A stretch of DNA of 64,000 nucleotides from NCBI RefSeq assembly GCF_009914755.1, contig NC_060947.1. One strand, written 5' to 3'. The position numbers and the translations under genes are program-made. The first letter of the stretch is position 1; every line of letters begins with the position of its first letter. The notes beneath the pieces were generated by a model. That model was not told the origin of the DNA and ran no database searches. It saw nothing but the letters and a program-made list of their open reading frames with translations. Of this stretch, positions 49,701-63,679 are shown one piece after another. Source of the DNA: the human T2T-CHM13v2.0 reference genome, Homo sapiens.

Positions 49701-50712
49701 ATGTACCTACATATAAAGATATATATCTATATGTATGTGTACCTTTGTGTATGAGTGTATATAAAATAATACAAATCATGAGTTCATAGTGATGCTTCAG
49801 ATTCTAAGCCAACACCATAGGGTTCATTCTAGTCTTCTCATTTCTGTATTTGCAACACTCTTTTCCAATAGTCACAAAGGCCTGGCCCCACTGTCCTCAA
49901 TATAGTTACTTACTTGCTCAAATATCAAATGCACAGAAAGTAGTTTCAGGGTTGCCAACTTATGTCATTGCAAAAAGAAAACCTTCTAAATTGAGTTTAA
50001 TAGTATTTACATTTGTAAAGTAAAATTTACATGTAGTAAAATACACCTATCTTAAGTCTATCATTCCATGAGCTTTGAATGGAGAAGCCCGTGTAAACCT
50101 CATTCCTGTCAAGATGTACAGTGTACATCATGGTGGCTATGGTTAATAACAATGTATTTTATGTTTGAAAATTGTTAAGAGAGTAGATTTTAAGTGTTTT
50201 CACTACAAAAATGATAAGTATGTGAGGTAATGCTTGCATATTTTAAATAGCTTGATTTAGCCATCCCGCAGTGTATACATATGTCAAAACATTATATTGT
50301 ACACCAGAAATACATATATAATTTTTACTTCTTAATTAAAAATTTTTAAAGATATACAATGTTTTCAGCACACTAGAAGCCTTCTTTGTGCCCCTTCTCT
50401 GTCATCCTCCCACCTAGAGGCAACTGCTATTTTGAATTTTTTCACTCTAGATTAATTTTGCCTTTACTAGAACTTCATAAAAATAGAACCATACAGTATA
50501 TACTCTGTTGATTCTGCCTTCTAACCCAGCATAAGTTGTACGTATCAGTAGTTCATTCTTTTTGTTGCTGAGGAGTATTCTATTGTATGACTATACCACA
50601 ATTTGTTACGTATTTTCCTTTTGATGGACATTTTTTTCTAGTTTTGGATTATTACAAATAAAGCTGCAATGAACGTTCTTTAAAAAAAGTCTTTCTGTGG
50701 ATATGTATTTTC

Positions 50713-51066
<354 letters not shown>

Positions 51067-51538
51067 TAAATTGTGCAGTAAATTTTTTTTTTCCTCTTGG
51101 TATACAGTTCTGTGGATTTTAAGAAAGCTATAGATTCATTCAACCACCACCATAATCAGAATACAGAACAGTTCCATCATCCCTCAAAAAACTTCCTTGT
51201 CCTGCCTATTTATTGTCAGCCCTACCCCACCTCACCCCTAACCCATTTCAACCACTGATCTATACTTCATCCTTATAGTTTTGTGTTTTTGAGAATGTCA
51301 TATAAATGGAGTCATACAGTATGTAATCTTTAGAGACTGGCTTCTTTCTCTCAACACAATTCCTTTAAGATTCATCCGAGTGGTTGCATGCATCAAAAAC
51401 TTTTTACTGATGAGTTGCATTTCATTGTAGGTATGTACCACAGTTTATTATTTCACCTGCTGAAGGACTTCTGTGTTATTGCCAGTTTTCTGGCGGTTAT
51501 GAATAGTACCGTGATAAACGTGTACAAGATTTTGGTAA

Positions 51539-51986
<448 letters not shown>

Positions 51987-52488
51987 TGTATGGGAGTTAT
52001 TATTGCTTCACTTCCTCCTGAGTGCTAGGTGTTGTCATTTTTCAAAATTTTAGCCACTAATAGGCACACAGTGGTATTGAATTATGGTTTTAATTTGCAT
52101 TCCCCCTAAGGACTAATAATATTGAATATCTTTTCATCACTTTCCATCATTACATCTTTGACAAAGTGTATGTTTGAATCTTTTGCCTAATTTTAAAATT
52201 TTGTTGTTTGTTTTCTTACTGAATTTTGAGAATTCTTTTTTCAGTTTCATTTTTTATTCACAAAATATTTTCTCATATTCATTGCCTTTAATCTTTGCAA
52301 CATCCTGCAAACATTGTTCTAATATTAATTTTGCAAAGTCAGAGCAGTAAAAATTAAAAATGTAGTCTCCAAAGCTAACAGTCTGGGTTCAAATTCTGGG
52401 TTTGTCACTTATTGCTGTATTAACTTTAGCAGCTTGACTTCCCTGAACCTTGATATCCTCAACTATGAAATCATACTCATACAAAACG

Positions 52489-52785
52489 ATCATTCTCAGC
52501 AAATTATCACAAGGACAGAAAACCAAACACCGCATGTTCTCACTCATAGGTGGAATTGAGAAATGAGAACACTTGAACACAAGGCAGGGAACATCACACA
52601 CTGGGGCCTTTTGGGGAGTGGGGGGCTGGGGGAGAGATAGCATTAGGAGAAATACCTAATGTAAATGACGAGTTGATGGATGCAGCAAACCAACATGGCA
52701 CACGTATACATATGTAACAAACCTGCACATTGTGCTCGTGTACCCTAGAACTTAAAGTAAAAAAAAAAAAAAGAAAAGAAAACAA
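52489..52785 (+). mobile_element. Short L1PA 3' end (about 0.3 kb) inserted in a MIR
   Basis: atcattctcagcaaa...taccctagaacttaaagt + poly-A. Confidence 0.92.
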
Positions 52786-55332
52786 TAACAACACTTACTG
52801 AGTGCTTACTGTGTATCAGGCATGGTTCAGAGTATTTTAAACACATCTTAACTCATTTCGTCCTCACCACAGTCTATGAGTTTTGAGAATTCTTTATGCA
52901 TTCTGGATACAAGTTATTTGTTCAATATTTGATGTGCAAGTACTTTCTCAAGTCTGGGGCTTCTATTTTCATTCTCAACAGTGTATTTTGCAGAACAAAG
53001 GGTTTTTATTTTAAGAAAGGAATATTTTGTCATTTTTTTTCTCTGATAGATTGCTTTTGGTGACATGTCTTAAGAATTCATTACCGAACCAAGACCACAT
53101 AAACTTTTTTTTTCCCAAAAGTTTTATCATTCTGGATTTTAAGTTTGTATCTACGATCTACTTTGAGTTACTATTTTTATAAGGTGTGAGATTTAGGTCA
53201 AAGTTCATTGTTTTTGGTATATGGATGTCCAGTTGTTCCAGTATCATTTGTTGAAATATGATGTTGTTACCGTCCTGCTCAAAAACTTTCGGTGCTTTCT
53301 CCATTGCACTTGGAATAAAATCCAAACTCCTTTTGTATGCTCTGTAAAGCATACTGCTTTCATGCCTACTTATTTCTGAAACCTCATTTTGTGTTGTATT
53401 CCCTTTTGTCTGTCAGACTTCAGCCTCCCTGGCTTCTCTTTTCTGTGAATTCTCAACACTCTTTTCCAGCGTAGAGCCTTTGCACAAGTTTGTGTCCTCA
53501 ACCTGAAATATTTTTCCATTATGTTGTTCAATAGTTGCCTTATATTGGTTCCCCTAAGTTTATTTTTTATTCTCTCCCCTGGCATTCTGCCCTTTTCCTT
53601 AATCATACTTATTACAATTTTTAACTTTATAGTTATCTCTAAACTAATCACTCATTGTCTGGATTTCCCATGAAACTGTAAGATCCATGAGACTGTGTTT
53701 GCAGTGCCCAGTACTGTGCCTATCCTCATAAAACTTGCTGTCTAGTGCTGAGATGTACAACGAAACGAGAAACTACAATACTACAAGAAACTACACCATT
53801 CTGCATACATGCCATTTAAGTTCATTCACTATTTCTACATGGACTAAAATGTTTTTCCCCACTATATTTTGTATACCTGAATCCTTCTCACCCCTCAAGA
53901 AACAGTTCCATCTTCCCTCTCTGAGAAGTTCCTCCTGGTGCCCAGTTCGGAAGAGCTCTTCCTCCCTGCTTTCTACTCTCGTACTGACACTCTCCACTTT
54001 GCCTTGAGATCACAGAGACTGACTTAGCTCTTCTCCTAGAAAATCAAAAGCTTGCTGAGAGTGGGATTGCATTCAGCTTGTGTCTCCCTCAGTACACAGA
54101 CTAGCTCATTTTATTCAATTAATTCATTTTCTGATTTCTAGAATACAGTCATGTGTTTAGCTATGGGTCCATCTTGCCATTGGAAACTAACAGAGCTGAT
54201 TTTCAGAACAAAAAGAGAAAACAAGGCCAAACTTCAAATCATATCTCATATTTGCACAGCCAACACAGGCCATTAGAGTTTTAATAAATAGCAAAGACAT
54301 AAAACGTTTTCTTTTAACATATGCTGGGACTCGACTGGTCTCTTGTTGCTTTATTTCCCCGCCTGGCTCAATAATAGTCCTATAAAAGTGACAGAAAAAC
54401 CATATACCATGTTACCTTAGAGGGATGACTGAGACAGTTACAAAAATAGGAAGACTCAGATGCCAAATAAAACATGGGATGTTTGGCAAAACCTTAGCAT
54501 GAACATATGTACCTAGTCCAGGCGCTCTGAAGTTACTGGATGTATTAAAAAGAAGTTGGTCCTGCCCTGTTTTATGATGTAAAAGTGTGTGTGTGTTTGT
54601 GTGTGTCTTGTTTCATTGAAGTGAAAGCAAATCATTTTGACTGAATAGTGACAAATATTAATTCATAAAATAGTTTTTAGACTGGAAAAATATTTGATAA
54701 TGGATCCAAATATGAAAATAATGAAATATAAAAGTCAATATAGTACCTTACAAACTGTAGAAATTATATCTGAGCTGTCAGTTCTAGTCCTTCAAAAACC
54801 CTGTCCTCTTTGAGTGAGAGATGCATCCCTATAGAACATCCTGTCCTCAGTTGGAAGGCTTGGCCTTAAGGGCTTATTAGTTAGTGGGAACAGAGCAAAC
54901 TTTCTTTATATCTTACCACACAGTGCTGGTCTTAGTATAGTCTTGTGTCTGATTTATGAATTTCTCCTGGAATGAATTTTCCACAAATATATGATGGGGA
55001 ACTGTGTAGCCTTGACATTCATTCTGCCCATGAATGTCTTTAGTGTTAGCAGCTGGCATCCAGGCATATTCCAGTGACTCACCAACCAAAGCTATATGTT
55101 GCCTTCTCTACGTTTGAAAAGGGGCAGGGGGCGGACCACAGAACACTAATCAGATTCTAAAGTTGCCTTCATGTTTACTTAATATTTCTACACTGCTCAG
55201 AGGAAGCCAATATCAGCAATATTCTTTTTGAGATGACAAAACCTTGAAACTTTTTTGGTTATTTTTATAGCAATAGAGTTTTTGTTGACTTAGTGTTCAT
55301 TTTTCTGTTTTCTCTTTATTATTTGACATTAG

Positions 55333-55432
55333 GGCAACTCTTACCACAGATTAATTGCTCTTCGGGGTACATCAGACTAAGATTTCTACCATGTTGATGA
55401 TTTGTGTTTACTTTTTAAGTGTGATGAATATT
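55333..55432 (+). pseudogene. Fossil (pseudo)exon of the lost PAS-B domain, first part
   Basis: Translates ATLTTD*LLF-[7-nt deletion]-GTSD*DFYHVDDLCLLFKCDEY vs recalled CLOCK [35 protein letters not shown]; pyrimidine tract + AG at 55331-55332, GT at 55433; phases 2-1. Confidence 0.88.
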
Positions 55433-56135
55433 GTGTATTACTTGTTTTTTTTTAATTCTGGTGAGGAAATACCACCAAGTGCTGTTCGGTGTTTTTCCTC
55501 TTTTGATGTGTTTGTGGAAAACTGGTGTAACCAAAAAAAAAGCACATTAGAGTAGTTCAAAATGGCCCTTTAGAGAGTGCTGATTTCTATGAAATGGATA
55601 GATTTTTAGTTGTATATTAGCAGTGATTTGAAGCAAGTCTTTACCATACAGCTAAAAGAAGAATTGAATTTTCTTAGCTATGCCATAAAAGTAATTACCT
55701 GCCAGATAAAAGGGACCTCATGTTATAAATAGTAGAAACTCAACATTTTGTTTTAAATCTTCATTTTCTAATACGTGAAATTATCTGAACTAATCTATAT
55801 GGTGTAGGTTCAGTTATGTATCAGCTTCAGATATATCAGTTATATATATGTTAACCCACAAAAAGAATATGATTTTGAAAGCCATAAGAATCCATATCTG
55901 TGTCTCGTACAGGAAAACAGGAAGGCTGAAATGGAAAGATGCTTATAGACCCTAACTCATTGTCTCATGAAAGTCAGTCCTCTTCATGCTATGGCCAGGG
56001 AGCAGTGAGGGTTGTGGTGCTCAGGATAGGGAATTGGAGAGGAGAAGGGTACATTATTTCCTGAGTCATCTTGTTTCACTTTCTGCCTATCTCTCAATCC
56101 CAACACACACCATAGACGTGTGCACACGCGTACTT

Positions 56136-56176
56136 ACACACACACACACACACACACACACGCGCGCGCGCGTATA
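56136..56176. repeat. (CA)n(CG)n compound alternating purine-pyrimidine microsatellite
   Basis: (AC)12-13 followed by (CG)6 and tata. Confidence 0.93.
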
Positions 56177-57834
56177 CCAGACATTTTCCTTCCCCATCCT
56201 TTTAGGCCCTGAAGTAATAAATTACTCTGCTGGAGAGGACGGGTAAATTCAAATAGCACACTCCTTCCATTCAGAATATCTTAATGAAATATCATACTTT
56301 TCCCCTCACATCAAAAAAGACAGAACTTTTTGTGACTAAAAGTTAATTTCTTAAGCCAAAAGAAAATTTCTGGAAGCAGTCACTCAGGAAGTTTCCTAAA
56401 ACATTTATATGCTAAGATGGTAAACGATGGGATTTGTTGTCCCTTTGTTAGCAGGAAAGCATGATCTTGAGCAGCTTCAGGTCCATCAAGATCTTTCCCA
56501 AGTGAGAACGCAATGGGCTTTTCTGGCTGTAAGTTGTCCATTGCCTCTGCTGTCATTGGAGAGAAAGAAACCAATCACCTGCTCGTGTTTTTTCAAATTA
56601 CAAAATCCATTCTTACATTGTAAAAAAACAGGCTGCTGCTGATTTTGGCTCACAGGCCATAGTTTGGATCCCTTATCTATTCAGTATACTAAGTATCTGT
56701 TCATATCAATATATTATTCTTGATTATATGCAATGACTACATTCTTGATTATAGTCAATGGATATATTCTTATTTTCAACATTTTAAGGAATGTTTAATT
56801 TGTAAAAAGTTAAAAGTCACAGAATGGTTTACCATTCTTATGAATAAAAACAGAATTTCAGGATTTCATATGAATGTTTCTAGTTCATGCTAATTTAATA
56901 ATACACTTTTAAAGAATGCATTTTCTAATTTTTCAATGATTTAGCATGTTTTCAGATTTTATCACCAATATCATCAAATGACTTATTTGCCAAATTTACC
57001 ATTTTCCCCAAACTTATATCTTTGAACTCTGATAAAACTTAATGACTTAGAGTGGATTGAAATATTTTAACAGTTTTTGAAGATACTTAGGATATATTGT
57101 GCTTGGCCAATTTTTCTATTAACATTTTAGGAAAGGTTCCATTTGTCTGTACCCCAGGTCCCTTACTGCTGCAGCTGAATTGAGCAGGGGACAAGAGAGG
57201 GGAACTTGCAATGGGGAAAAGAAACAAAGGAGAGCCAGCATCCAGCACAGCTTGGGCTTCCAACCCCTGAAGTTGGGTTGGGAGGAAACTGGAGTCCATG
57301 AGAGAAGGAAATGAGGAGCTAAGCAGGTGTCTGAAGCCCTCAGGACTCTGAAATCCTTCCTTCCAACGATAGTCTTAAACTCTGCCAACTCAGCATACTG
57401 CAAATTTTATGAATAGCTTAAAAAAACAGGTTTTTGGTAAATCAGTATATTTGGATAATTTGACAGATTGTTACTTTGATTCATGTTCATTCAGTCCATT
57501 TGTCTCCTGGCAAGTTGGCTTTTGGAAAATTTCCTATTAGCAGATTGACTTGGGAAGTTGGTATGCTTCCATACTGAAAAGCAGTGGCTTTCCAGAAGCA
57601 AAACTAAGAAGGAGCCAGGAGTTGGTCAAGATTGCATCCTTCCTGGAAACAATAGTGTGCACAAACTACCTGGCAAAGTTGGTAATAGCTCATAGGTATC
57701 TGCAGTTCATTCTGTGGGGGATGTTAGTGGGTTAAGCTGCGGTGTGAATATACAGTGATGGAATGGATCTTAACATATGAGCCTATCGATTTCAAAGACA
57801 TACACATTTTGGTAATAGAGACAAATGGAGGCAT

Positions 57835-57930
57835 CACATGCCTCTATCAAAACATTTCATGTACCCCATAAATATATACACCTACTATGTACACACAAAA
57901 ATAAAAATAAAAAATAAAAGTAAAAATAAA
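57835..57930 (+). mobile_element. Very short L1 (L1PB/L1MA-like) 3' terminus
   Basis: catgtaccccataaatatatacacctactatgtac + A-rich tail. Confidence 0.8.
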
Positions 57931-60009
57931 CAAATTAGGGCATATTGGACGTGTGACATGACAAAATCAAGGCATTTCTGGCTGGGATTAAACAAAACTA
58001 GAGATTATTTTACTACTCCCTAGTGGTGACACAACTATTGCCCTTACTGGTATAAGGAGTTAGCAGACTGGGTTCATATTCTGGCTTTGTCACTTACTGG
58101 TTGTGAACTTATATGTTATTCATGTTATAAAGCTTTATTTTCCTCATCTATAAAGCAGAGATGATAACAGAGCATATGTCATTGAGTTATTGTAGGATTC
58201 AGAAAGGTAATATGTGTAAGATACAGACCCCTGGGTAGGAACTTGGTAAATGATAGTGTCTTTTCTGTCAGTCAGAGATGAGATTGGTCGTGGGTAGGGA
58301 GTATGGTTAGTTAGCATTTACCTTAAGATTATTGAGGGTGATGATGAAGCATTCACTTCAAGTTACTGATATTCTGAACCGATCCAAATTACATCCATTG
58401 ACTATCTGCCTTTAGCCAAGGTTCCTAAAATGAACTAAATTCATCTTCAAATAATGTAAATCTATTAAGACGACTATCTCCAATTATTTATTTAATAAAA
58501 GGTGGCTATATTGAAAGAGAAGGACCTATCAAATATTTAGAAGGCAGTGTAGTTATTTTGTATTCGGAAGGATCAGGATTTGTACATTGATTCAGAAGAT
58601 ATTTACAAGTGTACATTGTATGCAGAGCCCTGTAGCCACAGAACACGCTTCTCTTCTCCCCCTCAAAGGAGGGTATTGGTCTAGGTGATCTACAGCAATA
58701 GCAACATTCCCAACTCTCTCAGTGCAGTTTCAAGTCACAAAACCCAGGCTCTTGATCCCTAGTCTGCTCATCTTAACACTAGAGCACCTGCTTCTTGGCT
58801 CCAAAGGAATAGAGAAATGATAGTGCATGCAGAACTCATCTTGCAGGAAGACGTTTTCTAGGAGAGAGAATTAAAATTACAAAAGAACAATTGTAAAGCA
58901 AATTACAGTATTATGCCTCTCAAATCATATAGTTAAGTGGAATAGAAACTTAGAGACATAGGGTGGTCAATGAAAGAATGGCTAATGAGGGCATTTGAAC
59001 TGACCACACTTATGGGGACTGTACAGATTACAACGTAATTTTTCTTTTTTTTTTTTAATTTTTCAGAATTTTGTTTTCACTTTTTGCATGTGGAGTTGAG
59101 AAAAATATTTTTCCAGCTTTATTTAGGTATAATTGACCAATGTTGAGGGTATGTGACCCCAGCTTCTGTTCACCTTCCATGGCTTGCCTAGAATACTGAA
59201 TAAAATAGTGGGAGGCTGGGGCAAAGAGAGGCTGTTTCAGGCTTAATTCCCAGGGAGCCACTTAACAGGAATCCTCTTCTAAGAACATAATGACTCTTCA
59301 GGAGAGGTGGGCTTTGGAGCTGCTAGTATCTAGTTATCAAGGATGGCTGAGATGCAGTTGGATTTGAAGGAAAAGATGATACCTGATCCTTGACTCAAGA
59401 TTTTACATTTCAGACAGGGCATGGTAGTGGGCTTCCTCTGAGAGCCTGTAGACAAGCCTTGGTTAGAGTAACCTTAAAAATTAGCTCCATAAACTTTGTT
59501 CATAACCTGCAACCAAGAAGGGAAATCTGGTTTTCTTTCCCTCCATCACTTCAGATTATATCATCTCAGCTGTAAATTAAGTAGGGAGAGACATTTAGGA
59601 TTATATTTTTACTGTCATCAGTTTCCTGACTCTCTGCCACAACTGTTCAAAACACACCTTAGTTTGTACTCCATTGACGTATGAAAGGACAGTATTCATT
59701 TGACATCTTTTTCATATTTACAGTTTCATTTATACAGCAAGTAGAAGTAGATGATATTTTAAGCCAAGAACAACCTTGCATTAAAGTAATTCAGCAGTGT
59801 TGAGCACTTTACCAATGGATATCAAACCTCGGTAAAATATTTAAAATGAAGAGAGAGAAGAAACATGAAGGGCTCGATTTAAGAGTAATATTTTGAGATT
59901 TTACATAATGAGACAGAGGTACTTTTCTTTGTAGAATTAGGTGTTATTTTTACGTAACTACAACTGGCAAAGTGTTCTTTGATCTTTCTCCTTATTTTTA
60001 AAAATTAAG

Positions 60010-60152
60010 TGATACAATTTGGACAAAGAAAGTTGTGCTTGTATCTGTTCCTAACCAAAGGCCAGCAGTGGATATGGCTGCAAACCCTCTGTTACATGTT
60101 ATATCCCATATCCTGAGCCCAAACTCATTATTTACATGCACAAACTAGTTAG
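60010..60152 (+). pseudogene. Fossil (pseudo)exon of the lost PAS-B domain, second part
   Basis: Translates (L)[31 protein letters not shown]-[5-nt deletion]-PKLIIYMHKLV(S) vs recalled NPAS2 [50 protein letters not shown]; AG at 60008-60009, GT at 60153; phases 1-2. Confidence 0.93.
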
Positions 60153-60205
60153 GTATTAAATATTCCCTAATGTTTTTATTTAAAATTGTAAGTGCTTCTC
60201 TGTGA

Positions 60206-60510
<305 letters not shown>

Positions 60511-60721
60511 TGTGACTTTTATGTTCTACATCAAATATTTGCCATTTATACTGGCTTATGGAGAGGCACAAAATGTAAATTCACTGAATAATTTGGAAAA
60601 TATTTACTTGTATTTATATTCTTGATATTTAAGTCGGTGGATTTGAAACAAAACATACTTGCTTCACAACATATTGCTGTCAAAGAGTTTTGTCCAGTAA
60701 AACTTACTGCATCCTTTAATA

Positions 60722-60922
60722 CAGCACTGTCCAGTAGAACTTTCTGTGATGATTGCAGTGGCCTATAATCTGCTTCATCCAAGACGGCAGCCACTAGCTA
60801 CGGAGCACTTGAAATGTGGCTACTGTGACTGAAGACTAAATTTTAAATTGTATTTAATTTAAATTAACTTAAATTTTGATTTAGCCACATGTGTCTAGTG
60901 ACTGCCATATTGGACAATGCAG
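60722..60922. mobile_element. MER3-like hAT-Charlie DNA transposon remnant
   Basis: cagcactgtccagtagaactttctgtgatgat...gagcacttgaaatgtggct...tattggacaatgcag. Confidence 0.82.
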
Positions 60923-62947
60923 CAAGCAATATATTCCTATGTTGTTTATCTCAGATATAAAGTTATGCACTATTTAGAAGCCAATATAAAGGTATTAGAT
61001 TGCTTTTAAGCAACAAATAGAAGCTCCAGCTTGTTCATTAAAATAATTTTGTCAATCCAGGCAGACTTGGGATGAAGGATGTGAAAACATTTTGATTGAA
61101 TTGACTACTAAGTTTTATCTGTTTATTCCTTTATTTACTTAGCAAATATCCATTAAGCACATAGTAATTGCTCTCCATTGTGTGAAGTGCCTGGGATACA
61201 AGAAGTTTAAAGCATGTTCATTGCCTTGAAGAAATTAACCAGGTAGAAAAAGTAGATAGAAAGTAATAAGAAACATTCATATAAGGCAGAAGAGAGTTGA
61301 GAAAGAGGGAAGAGTCTAGGATGACTTGTAGATTTCAGTCTTGAGTGACTGGGTGGAAGGTGGCACTGTTCACCAAGTAGGAGACACTGGAGTGGGGAAC
61401 AGGAGTCTATACCATGTTGAATTGAGGTTAGATGCCCACATGCATGTGCTGAAGGCAGTTGGATATGTGGGTCTACAGCTTGGGAAGAGGTCTTGAGGTA
61501 GAGCTGTGGGAGTCACGCATAGTTGAAGCCAAGGGATACGACATGGTCTGCAAGGCAGATAATATAAAGAAATAACAGAACTCCAAGAGCAGCCCTGAAG
61601 AGGTACCAGCATTTATGATGTGAGAAAACATTCTGTTAGACTAACATAGCTTATAAATTTAGTTGGAGGTTGAAAAATTATTTTAAAAATATGTAATAAT
61701 ATAGGAATTTTGTTTTTAAATAATATGTGGGCAGATTTACAAGTGACTCCATTTATGTTTGTTTCATGACACTGAAAATCAAACCAGTAAGAAATATTTT
61801 ATATTTTACATATTTTATATTTTAATTAAATTAATATTAACAACATAAAATATTAATAAATATATTTAATTAAATATATACTTTTTATATATTTTAAACA
61901 TTCTGTATTCGATATAGTCCAGTTATACATGCAAATGAATGACTTAACTCATTAACTAGTTGTTTTATGCTGTGTAAATCAGTACTTCCTAAATATTACG
62001 TATTTTGGATATCCGAAATACATTTTTCAAGCTCTTAATTTTTTAGTGTTAGAAATAAATGATATAAATAAAATGGATTTTTGTCAGGGTCCTCTGAAAT
62101 ACATAATGGAAAATTTATCTCCATTGGATCAGAATTCACTTTTTGAAACCATGTGGCATAACCCAGGTTTTCTCTTAATTATGTGTCTTCTGAATATGCT
62201 TGGAAAGTTTTATATATATCATTTTGCCACTGTCTTGCTGCTCTGAGGTCTTGTTTTTTATAATATTTATTATCAGACTTTAATTTCTCATTTTGTGGAG
62301 TAATAGGGGCTTTTCTAAAGAAAAACTCGTGAAAACAAAATACATTTCAATAACAGAATCTCAGTTATGAAATTTTTAAGGCTTGAAACACTATTATCAA
62401 TATTAGAAATAAGATTCTCATTCATTCATATTTTCTCACCCATACTTAATTGGTGAAAAGTAAGCTAGTATTTCGACTCTAGTGTGCCATGAAGCTGCAT
62501 CTCACCCTGGGCAAATTTCTATCTAATTTTGATAGAAATGAATTGTTAATGAGCCCCGAGAATGGAGAGTTTCTCTAATTACAGGAAACAAAATTAAATT
62601 GGGCCTAAAGGCATTTTTTTTTTTGTAATTGCAGTTGGTTTAAAAATTGAAAAAGAATATTCACTCAAACACCTTGGCTTTAAAAATATTGGTTTGCTCC
62701 CCACTGTTAAAAAGGCATTGAGACCTGCAGCAAACTTCATTCTAATGAGGGTCCAGATGATTTTTTTTTTTGTAGATGTGTAGAACAACTCTGTGGGAAA
62801 AATGATACCTCAAAGATTAATGATGTTCTGTAGTAGGGAAAATAAAACAAATAGTTTTTATTTGAACCTTTTTATTGTATGATAGAAAATTTTGATTTAA
62901 ATGGCGAGTGAGATATGCTTACCATCTCTCTTTTTTCCTATTTATAG

Positions 62948-63035
62948 TAGCTCTCAAGGTCAAAGAGGACACACTAGCATGAAAGCCGTGTACGTTGAAC
63001 CCGCTGCTGCTGCTGCTGCTGCTGCTATCTCAGAC
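62948..63035 (+). CDS. PASD1: PASD1 coding exon 8 (88 nt) (S)SSQGQRGHTSMKAVYVEPAAAAAAAAISD
   Basis: Pyrimidine tract + TAGTAG acceptor, GAC|GTATGT donor, phase 2-0; includes (GCT)8; matches the recalled PASD1 sequence. Confidence 0.93.
63003..63026 (+). repeat. (GCT)8 coding trinucleotide repeat encoding poly-Ala
   Basis: Eight perfect GCT codons in PASD1 exon 62948-63035. Confidence 0.97.
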
Positions 63036-63679
63036 GTATGTACATTGAGGACCATAGACTACAATCTTAGACCCTTATCCGTGTGATGTTGATTATTTAG
63101 TTAATGTGTGTTACCAAGAAGTATGTCATATGGATGTGACACATGAGCAGTGTTCCACAGTTGCCATCTTGTAGACATTTCTTATTAGGAGCCAGTAACT
63201 GCCAGACTTCGAATGGTCCCTGTAGTGCTTGAAAAAGAATTAAGCTAAGCTGTATCCCAGATGTTGTTCAGGGTCTTTTTGCCTTGTGAGTACATTTCAT
63301 AATGGAAGTTTACTTACTGACCTGCCTGGTGTAGAAAGCCATGAAGGCTAGAACCTAGTGCCTAATTAGCCTAGGTTGTCTGCATCCGTTCTCTAAGACA
63401 ATGAATGTATCATCAATTTATTCATTAACCAGATATGACTAGAAAGAATCCTTAAGGGACATACATTAATAGAAATCTACCTGGGTCTACCCTCAGTGAT
63501 CTGATGAAACTCTAGACTGGGACATAAAACCAAACTGCAAGGAGAGAGGTAGAGAAGAACAGAAGAGGTATCCCAGAAGGCATTTCCCACGTTAAAAAGT
63601 GACAGGGTGGTTCCTCACCTTACATGCCACTCTATGGGTATATGTACCATAGCTGATAGGCTGGATCACCACAGTGGTA

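Noticed and set aside
56434-56451. Minus-strand ORF 56380-56574 contains LTKGQQ, identical to a PAS-B motif
   Set aside because: Wrong strand, no similarity in the flanks and no matching splice sites; the true relic is at 60010-60152, so this is treated as coincidence
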